Source of the DNA: Gemmatimonadota bacterium
GTDB taxonomy: Bacteria; Gemmatimonadota; Gemmatimonadetes; Longimicrobiales; Gaopeijiaceae
DNA: 64,000 nucleotides
NCBI GenBank assembly: GCA_039589315.1
Contig: JBDHHQ010000017.1
Coordinates: 32,001 to 96,000 of the forward strand
Reading direction: 5' to 3'
A program made the position numbers and the translations under genes. Shown piece by piece: positions 57,782 through 64,000 of the stretch. The notes below the pieces were generated by a model. It did no database searches, was not told the origin of the DNA, and saw only the letters and a program-made list of their open reading frames with translations. Numbering within the stretch: the stretch's first letter is position 1; every line of letters starts with the position of its first letter.

Positions 57782-59317
57782 CTACATCCTGCCGAGGGGC
57801 CTCCACCGCTGGCGCTGCAGGACGACCCCGGCACCCGCCCTACCCGCCACCGCACCTTCGCGCAGCAGGACCTGGCCACGGCGGATGGTGTTCCGCGGCC
57901 AGCCGGTCACTTCGATCCCGTCGAAGACCGAGAAGCCGGCTCCGGAGACGGCGTCGGCCGAGCGGACCGCGCGGCGCTCGTCGGGATCGAAGAGCACCAG
58001 GTCCGCGTCGGAGCCTTCAGCGACCACCCCCTTTCTCGGGTGGATGCCGAACAGTCGTGCCGCGTTGGTGGAGGTCACGGCCACGAACTCCTCGGGCCGG
58101 ATCCTCCCCGGTCGAACGCCCTCGGAGTACAGCATGGGCAGCATGACCTGGAGGTTGCTGGCGCCGGGGCGCAGGCTTCCGATGTCGAGCGTCGGATCCA
58201 GCTTCTGCTCACGGGTCCAGGGCACGTGGTCCGTGCCCACCGTGTGAATGGAGCCCCGCGCCAGACCGCGCCACAGCGCATGCTGATCCGCGGCGGTCCT
58301 CAATGGCGGCTGGCTCACGAACAGGGGGCCTTCCGGCCCCGCGAGCCGGTCTTCCGTCAGGTGGAGGAAGAACGGGCGGGTCTCTGCGAAGATGGGTAAT
58401 CCCTGCTCCTGTCCGCGCTCGAGGGCCTTCAGCGCCCGCTCGGACGACACGTGCACGAGGTAGAGTGGCGAGCCGGTGGCCTCACACATGGCCGCGGCCC
58501 GTTCGGTAGCGATCTCCTCGGCAAGCACGGGCCGGCTCGCGGCGAAGTGCTCTACGGTCGTCCGCCCCTCCGCTTTCAGCCGCTCCCGAGCCAGAGCCAG
58601 GATGGAGGCGTCTTCGCAGTGCACCATCGTCAGTACTCCGGCTTGGCCGGCGGCGGCGATGAGTCGCAGGAACTCAGGTGCCTCACGATCGAAGCCCGCG
58701 CGGCTCATGAAGACCTTGATGGACGTATGGCCCGCTGCCGCCAGCGCTTCCACCTGGGCAATGGTGTCGTCGCGCACACTCTGGACGACGGGGTGGAGCA
58801 TCAGGTCCACCACGGTCTCGCGGGCCGCCTGGGCACTCATGCGGTCGACCAGGACCTGGGGGCCCTCGCCCTCCTCGGGGAACAGCATGACCCCGAACGT
58901 GGTGATGCCACCGGCCAGGGCGGCCCGAGAGGCCGATGTGAAGTCGTCGGCGAGCGGGGGACCGAGGTGGACGTGGGGGTCGATGCCTCCCGGCATCACG
59001 AGCAGCCCCTCGGCGTCGATCACCTCGGCTCCAGCCGGGTCGAGATCCGGCCCGAGCTCGGTGATGACCTGACCTTGCACCCTGACGTCGGCGTCCTGTT
59101 GGCCGTCCGCGTTCACGATACGGCCGTTCCGCACCAGGAGGTGGGGCTCCTGCCGGGTCTTCGGCACGTCTGTGGCGGCAGACGCACCCCGCCGCGGAGC
59201 GTCCGCCGGCCAACGCTCCGTGCGGGCCCGGCCCGATACGTCGTCCGTACCGAGCCACAACGCCCCGCCGCCCAGGGCCAAGGCCCTCAGCCACTCTCGC
59301 CGGTCCAGGGGTGTCAT
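57782..59317 (-). CDS. Dihydropyrimidinase/hydantoinase-family cyclic amidohydrolase with Tat signal
   Basis: LDRREWL Tat motif; PGGIDPHVH, AGGITT, SIKVFM (carbamylated Lys), VHCED, LVHVS, GTDH, STNAARLFG. Confidence 0.9.
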   Translation of the reverse strand: MTPLDRREWLRALALGGGALWLGTDDVSGRARTERWPADAPRRGASAATDVPKTRQEPHLLVRNGRIVNADGQQDADVRVQGQVITELGPDLDPAGAEVIDAEGLLVMPGGIDPHVHLGPPLADDFTSASRAALAGGITTFGVMLFPEEGEGPQVLVDRMSAQAARETVVDLMLHPVVQSVRDDTIAQVEALAAAGHTSIKVFMSRAGFDREAPEFLRLIAAAGQAGVLTMVHCEDASILALARERLKAEGRTTVEHFAASRPVLAEEIATERAAAMCEATGSPLYLVHVSSERALKALERGQEQGLPIFAETRPFFLHLTEDRLAGPEGPLFVSQPPLRTAADQHALWRGLARGSIHTVGTDHVPWTREQKLDPTLDIGSLRPGASNLQVMLPMLYSEGVRPGRIRPEEFVAVTSTNAARLFGIHPRKGVVAEGSDADLVLFDPDERRAVRSADAVSGAGFSVFDGIEVTGWPRNTIRRGQVLLREGAVAGRAGAGVVLQRQRWRPLGRM

Positions 59318-59424
59318 CGGTCGAGGGTCGTCTCGGGCTGATCCGGGAGGTCTCGGGTGGCCTTCTCCAAATCGCGCCCCAAGAAGCAGGTGTGGTGCAG
59401 CGTGCCGGGATCGCCGACTCCCAT
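59314..59424 (-). other. 36-codon sORF, possibly a truncated VOC/glyoxalase remnant or a leader peptide
   Basis: GGAGG-N5-ATG; MGVGDPGTLHHTCFLGRDLEKATRDL resembles a VOC N-terminus; its TGA overlaps the hydantoinase ATG. Confidence 0.45.
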
Positions 59425-59580
59425 TGTCGCCTCCACGATTGAGGGTGGGGAGCCGGGAGATTCCCCGATTGCCTCTGGCCAGGATAGGAGCCGTCCGCGG
59501 CGGGAGCAACCGGACGCCGCCGTAGCCCAGGTCACCCATACGCGGGGCCGGAGGGCGATCCGGGCAAGCCGGACCTTCTG

Positions 59581-59599
59581 GTGTGGTGCAGCACCACAC
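59581..59599 (-). terminator. Hairpin immediately after the lipoprotein stop codon
   Basis: GTGTGGTGC-A-GCACCACAC perfect inverted repeat; no U-tract. Confidence 0.4.
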
Positions 59600-60486
59600 T
59601 AGTTGAAGCTGACGGTCCCCACCCAGGGTGGACGCCACGGCGGACCGCCGTCCACCTCGAAGTCTCGTGCCACGGGCGCGAACTGGTCCGCAAGGAACCG
59701 GTATTCCCGCACGAGGCCTCGCAGGAACACCCGGTTCCTGATCTCCGAGACGGCCAGACTATCGGAGACGGTTAACGTCGCATTCTCCTGTACCCAGGCC
59801 TGTTCGTCGCCCGTGAAAAGGTCTACGAACACGCCCAGATCCGAGGCCAATCCGTCATGAAGCGCCGCGACGTCCTCAGCGTTCCTCGGGTCCGCCGCCT
59901 TGTGCAGTCGAAGCGCCGTGATCGCCCGAACGGACCCGAGGTATACGGCGATGTCGTGACTCGCCACTGCCGGCAGGGTCCCGTCGAAAGCGGTCAGGTG
60001 GTCGCGGGCGTCCCGCTCGTCCTCCTCGGTGAGGAAGGGGTTGGAGTCGAGGGCGTGGGTGTACGCCCACACGAGTCCGTGACCGTTGGCGCACAGCGCG
60101 CGGTCACGCTCGCTCGTGAGAACGTCACAGTCCATCGCATCCCAGAGCAGGGTGGCGTGGTTCTGCTGCTGGTAGGCCGTGAGCAGCATGGCCTGACGTA
60201 CCCGCAGATGGTTCACGAGCACGGTCTGGTCGGGGTTCATCGCGATGATGCGCTCGAGCTTTTCGACCGGCTCCCTCCACTCGTCGCCCTGCTGGGACCT
60301 GGGCAGGTCCAGAGGCGGCTGGTCGACCAGAGCGGCGCTGTGCTCCGCCACCGTCGCCACCATGGCCGCGTTGGTGGTCTGGACGGCGTTCTCGACGTCC
60401 TTCTTCATGGCCAGGCACGCGGAGCTCGCGAGAACCGGCAGGCAGAGCGCCGCGGCCAGGGCCCGGGTTCGAGAGTTCGTTCTCAT
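59599..60486 (-). CDS. Hypothetical helical lipoprotein
   Basis: AGGAGG RBS; MRTNSRTRALAAALCLPVLASSAC lipobox; 13 nt from the upstream gene. Confidence 0.75.
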   Translation of the reverse strand: MRTNSRTRALAAALCLPVLASSACLAMKKDVENAVQTTNAAMVATVAEHSAALVDQPPLDLPRSQQGDEWREPVEKLERIIAMNPDQTVLVNHLRVRQAMLLTAYQQQNHATLLWDAMDCDVLTSERDRALCANGHGLVWAYTHALDSNPFLTEEDERDARDHLTAFDGTLPAVASHDIAVYLGSVRAITALRLHKAADPRNAEDVAALHDGLASDLGVFVDLFTGDEQAWVQENATLTVSDSLAVSEIRNRVFLRGLVREYRFLADQFAPVARDFEVDGGPPWRPPWVGTVSFN

Positions 60487-60499
60487 CGTGTTCCTCCTG

Positions 60500-62458
60500 T
60501 CAGGCGGCGACCCGGGCAATGAGCTCGGAGAACAGGCGTCGGAAGTTGTCGTGCTCGGCATCGCTGGTGGCGACCTCACCCCGCGACCAGGCGATCACCA
60601 GGGCGCCGATGACCGACGGCACCGCAGAGAGACCGATCTGGTTGCCCAATTCCTTCTCGGCCCGCACCAGTCCCGCGGTAATGAGCGCCTGGAGCTCGGA
60701 GGGGAAGTGGGCCACCGAGTGGTTCTCCAGAGCGGCCCGACCGCTCGTGCCGAGGGCGGTGATCGTCTCCTCGATCACGCGGGTGAGCATGGCGCCGGAC
60801 AACAGCCGGCCACCGTCCTCGCCCACGGCACCGATCACGGCGTCGGTCGCCCAGCCAACGAGCCGCTTCTCTCCGTCGATCAGCAGGGCCGGATTCTCGG
60901 AGACAGTGGTCGTGACCACGCGGAGCAGCTCGGAGCCCTGCGTCCGTGTCAGGCCTCTCGCCTTCACCAGCGCACCGACCTTGCCGGCGAGGGACGCGAT
61001 CAGGTCCGTGTACCGGAACTCGATGAGCTCGGGGTGCTCACCGAGCGCGGAAAGGGCACCGCCGACTGCTGCGGTGGCCAGCTCCTCCGCTGCCAGCGCT
61101 TCGGTTTCGGCGAGAGCCGTGAGCACGCCTCTCAGGAGCTCGCGGCCGAGCTCGGACCGATCGACGATCAGCTCCGGATGCTGTGCGAACGCGGTGAGGG
61201 CGTCCTTCCACAACGCCTCGAGTCCCTTCTTCGAGAAGGACTTGCGCAGGCCCTCATTGGCCACGGTGGACGTGACGGAGCCGATCAGCCCGCCCAGCCA
61301 CGCCGGGTCGACCACGTCGTCCACGAGGTCCGGATTCGCGGCTATTGCTCCGATGGCAGCGTCCACGATGCCATACAGCACGTCGCCCGAGAGGAGCTTG
61401 CTGTTGGGCCGGGTGGACAGGTCACGGGCCACGGCCGCGAGTACTTCGGTGAGCAGAGGCGACTCTCCGCGCATCAACGCCGGACCGTTGCGCTCCAGGG
61501 CGCCCAGACCTGCCCGGAGCAGGTCGCCCCAGTGATCCTCGAAGAACCCACGGAAGCTGGGACGGTTCGAGACAACGCCCACGACCTCCCGTAGGAAGTC
61601 GGCGGCAACGTCCTTGAAGTCCTGCGCCTCGTCATCGTCGAGCCGGTCCGCCGCGGCTTCGAGCAGGCTCCCCACCAGGCGGGGGTATCCCTCGCCCTGG
61701 AGCAGGCCGAGCACGAAGTCCCCCTGCTGTCCCTCCGGCATGGCCGCCCGGGCGGCGACGATGGCGTCCAGGAGGGACTCGACCCAGGCTTCGCCCGTCC
61801 GGACGAAGGCCCGGGCGTCGAGGACTCCGTCCAGCGTGGCGGCAAGCGCGACGCGCAGGAGGTCCCCCGTGCTGTCCAGCCTCTGCAGGTCCGCTTCGCC
61901 GAAGCGGGCGAGAACGGCCGCTACGATGCCCTGGGTGCTCTCGTCCCGGACGAACAGAGCGGCGTTCTCGGCTCCGAACTCTGCGACCACGTCGGCCACG
62001 GTGAGGGCGAGCCGCCACGTATAGCTCTTTTCCCGAAAGTCCCTGCCGGCCCCGACGAAGAACGCCGCCACCCGCAGATCCGGGTCGGAGGCCCAATCCG
62101 GATGGAGCGCCGCCACGAACTCGCTGTTCAAGCTGATGACGGGGCCGTAGGCCTGCTCGGGAAGGTGGCGTTCCATGAAGTCGAAGAGGCGCGAAGCGTC
62201 GTTGTCCACGGCGTCGCGAATGTCGGCACGATCCGGGTCCAGGGGGTCCGGATCGTCGTCCTTCGTGTCCTCGAGGAGCTCTCTGAGGGCCGACCGCATC
62301 TGGGGGAGCGTCGGCGTCCGCCGGATGTCCGGCAGCGGTATGGCAAGGGGCGCCTCGGTGGCCTCTTTCTCGGCCAGAACCTGGTCGACGCGTCTCTGGA
62401 TCTTGAGCAGGCCTTTGGCCGCGTTGATGATCAGGCCGGCCGCTTCGGAAGTGAGCAT
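60500..62458 (-). CDS. Large all-helical hypothetical protein (652 aa)
   Basis: GGGAG RBS; host-like codon usage; Ala/Leu-rich amphipathic helices with recurring A-NP/HP-L motifs; no family recognised. Confidence 0.8.
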   Translation of the reverse strand: MLTSEAAGLIINAAKGLLKIQRRVDQVLAEKEATEAPLAIPLPDIRRTPTLPQMRSALRELLEDTKDDDPDPLDPDRADIRDAVDNDASRLFDFMERHLPEQAYGPVISLNSEFVAALHPDWASDPDLRVAAFFVGAGRDFREKSYTWRLALTVADVVAEFGAENAALFVRDESTQGIVAAVLARFGEADLQRLDSTGDLLRVALAATLDGVLDARAFVRTGEAWVESLLDAIVAARAAMPEGQQGDFVLGLLQGEGYPRLVGSLLEAAADRLDDDEAQDFKDVAADFLREVVGVVSNRPSFRGFFEDHWGDLLRAGLGALERNGPALMRGESPLLTEVLAAVARDLSTRPNSKLLSGDVLYGIVDAAIGAIAANPDLVDDVVDPAWLGGLIGSVTSTVANEGLRKSFSKKGLEALWKDALTAFAQHPELIVDRSELGRELLRGVLTALAETEALAAEELATAAVGGALSALGEHPELIEFRYTDLIASLAGKVGALVKARGLTRTQGSELLRVVTTTVSENPALLIDGEKRLVGWATDAVIGAVGEDGGRLLSGAMLTRVIEETITALGTSGRAALENHSVAHFPSELQALITAGLVRAEKELGNQIGLSAVPSVIGALVIAWSRGEVATSDAEHDNFRRLFSELIARVAA

Positions 62459-62657
62459 GGGGAGTCTCCCGTGGAGGGGGCGTCGAGGGTTGCCAACCGG
62501 CCCTGGGCCCGGCGGATGTGTCGCGGAGCACCTATGCCGCCGAAGCCACCCCGTCTCGCGGCGGCGGTGAGCGCCGCGGGACGGCAGGGGAATACCGGTG
62601 CCGCGCTCGCATTGGCGACGTGAAGACGTAGAAGCGGTAGCGGTGGGGGGGGAGCTT

Positions 62658-62686
62658 AGCTAACCACCGGGCCTCCGCGGTGTCAA
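62658..62686 (-). promoter_or_regulatory. Possible sigma-70 promoter
   Basis: Perfect TTGACA, 17-nt spacer, weak -10 TTAGCT; about 200 bp upstream of the 62458 start. Confidence 0.35.
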
Positions 62687-62695
62687 GGATTCGGA

Positions 62696-64000
62696 TCAGG
62701 CGCCGGGCCACCGGCTCCTCCGATCACCGGGCCAGAAATAGGCCAGCAGAGCCAGGCCCGCGACTGCCGCCAGCACGGGCCAGAGCCCGAACCCTTGAAG
62801 GAAGAGAGGGATGGTGGCCGTCACCAGCCCGCCACCCAGCAGCGGGGAGAAGATCATCTGCTTCGCGGCGAACGCCTGGGCAGCTGGCGTGCGGGTCTGC
62901 GGATCGACCACCCGCAACAGCATCAGACCCACCGCGGTCACTCCCGTGAGCATGCCGAAGTCCGTGATCGCCTGCTCGAACCAGTACGAGGGGATCATTC
63001 TGGGAGCCAGCACCAGGAAGGCGAAGGCCACCCACAGGATCCCGGCGATCATCAGGATCGAGAACGGCACGAGGTTCTGCAGGAACAGATCCAGCCGGAG
63101 CGAGGCGATTGCGGCCACGACCAGCACCTCCAGGGAGAGCCCGAGGATGCGCTCGAAGGTGGCTCGGTCGAAGTAGGAGGAAGCCCCGATGCGTTCGGCC
63201 GAGAGCTGAACCAGCATCCCACCGATCATCGCGAGAGGAAAGAGCGGGAAGCCGGCCAGCGTGGGGTGGATAGCTCGGACACCGCGCAGCATCACCCACC
63301 CGATCAGCACAGCCAGGCTGGTGATGGCCACGTGAAACGTGAACGAGTCCATCACACTGGCCGTGATGGTGCCCGTGGCGACCGATGTCCGGCGCTCCGG
63401 CGGCACGAGTCCTCGTGAAGCCGGGCTGTGGGATGATCCCGCATCGTCCGCCGTGTCCATGGACAGCTGCGTCAGCTGCCCGCGGCGCACCCCGTGCTGG
63501 ACCAGGGCCATCCCACCCACGACCGCCACGACGATGCCGACGGTGGCAGACATCTGGCCGAGCGCGCCGCCGGCATCGAAGCCGAGATCCACGAAGACGG
63601 GGGTCATGGCGGCCGCGGTCCCGTGTCCCCCCGCGAAGCCCACCTCCAGAATGCAGGCGAAGAGCTCCGGCGTGCCGAACAGGGGTGCCAGCACGCCCGC
63701 GGTGATCAGGAACGCGACGACATACTGGCCGAGAGCGGTCACGGTGCCGAAGCGGAACAAGGGCCCGCTGAGTCGGACCAGCGTCGCGGCAGGCGGTATG
63801 GTCACCCCCAGGAAGAGGGCGGCGAACACGAAGTTGATCAGGATGCCCGGCAGGGACGCCCAGATGGCCACGGTCTCGGGCGGCACCCAGTCCAGCATGT
63901 ACGGACCCAGGACCAGCCCGACGAAACCGCCGATGACCGGAACGGGCAGGAACAGTCTACGGAGGATGCGCGACCGGGTCCGCAGGACCAGGCCCACCAG
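62696..64000 (-). CDS. gltS: Sodium/glutamate symporter (GltS/ESS family), 5' end off window
   Basis: LFLPVPVIGG, GFAGGHGTAA, SATVG, PLFPLAM, FGMLTGVTAVGLMLLRVVDP. Confidence 0.85.
   Translation of the reverse strand: MVGLVLRTRSRILRRLFLPVPVIGGFVGLVLGPYMLDWVPPETVAIWASLPGILINFVFAALFLGVTIPPAATLVRLSGPLFRFGTVTALGQYVVAFLITAGVLAPLFGTPELFACILEVGFAGGHGTAAAMTPVFVDLGFDAGGALGQMSATVGIVVAVVGGMALVQHGVRRGQLTQLSMDTADDAGSSHSPASRGLVPPERRTSVATGTITASVMDSFTFHVAITSLAVLIGWVMLRGVRAIHPTLAGFPLFPLAMIGGMLVQLSAERIGASSYFDRATFERILGLSLEVLVVAAIASLRLDLFLQNLVPFSILMIAGILWVAFAFLVLAPRMIPSYWFEQAITDFGMLTGVTAVGLMLLRVVDPQTRTPAAQAFAAKQMIFSPLLGGGLVTATIPLFLQGFGLWPVLAAVAGLALLAYFWPGDRRSRWPGA

Noticed and set aside
62460..62655. Cobalamin-riboswitch-like AGGGGAATACCGGTG and a G8 tract
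   Set aside because: The motif is on the strand opposite the downstream gene and lacks the rest of the B12 element. The G8 run is intergenic with no evidence of phase variation.

Overview
High-GC bacterial chromosomal window with about 47 genes. I found no rRNA, tRNA, CRISPR array, transposase or integrase. The gene content suggests a diderm peptide-degrading heterotroph, possibly Gemmatimonadota (inference only): two membrane-anchored TolB-N/TPR proteins, many exported peptidases and hydrolases (CocE, two M14, M28, M3, D-aminoacylase), a VPS10-like beta-propeller, DivIVA and SPOR proteins, and a peptide ABC transporter. The standout is an anaerobic-type Ni-CO dehydrogenase module, cooF-cooS-cooC-FAD/NAD oxidoreductase (29176-33867). 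Its CooS has the CxxC D-cluster motif. It sits tail-to-tail with an uncharacterised coupled pair, a 2x[4Fe-4S] protein and a Cys/His-motif protein. In this sequence cooS is broken by a frameshifting deletion; similar lesions in dcp and a DUF2911 gene make an assembly artefact a serious alternative. Other highlights: a secreted Tyr/Gly-rich protein with about 25 tandem RSRPQAS(S/N) repeats behind a putative sigma-54 promoter; a 2TM-GAF-like + unknown gene pair; a pseudo-ATPase/acidic-linker/SPOR protein; an amidase lacking its catalytic Glu; a lipoprotein + large helical protein pair; and small intergenic tandem hairpin arrays. All product calls come from motif recognition by eye, with no database searches.
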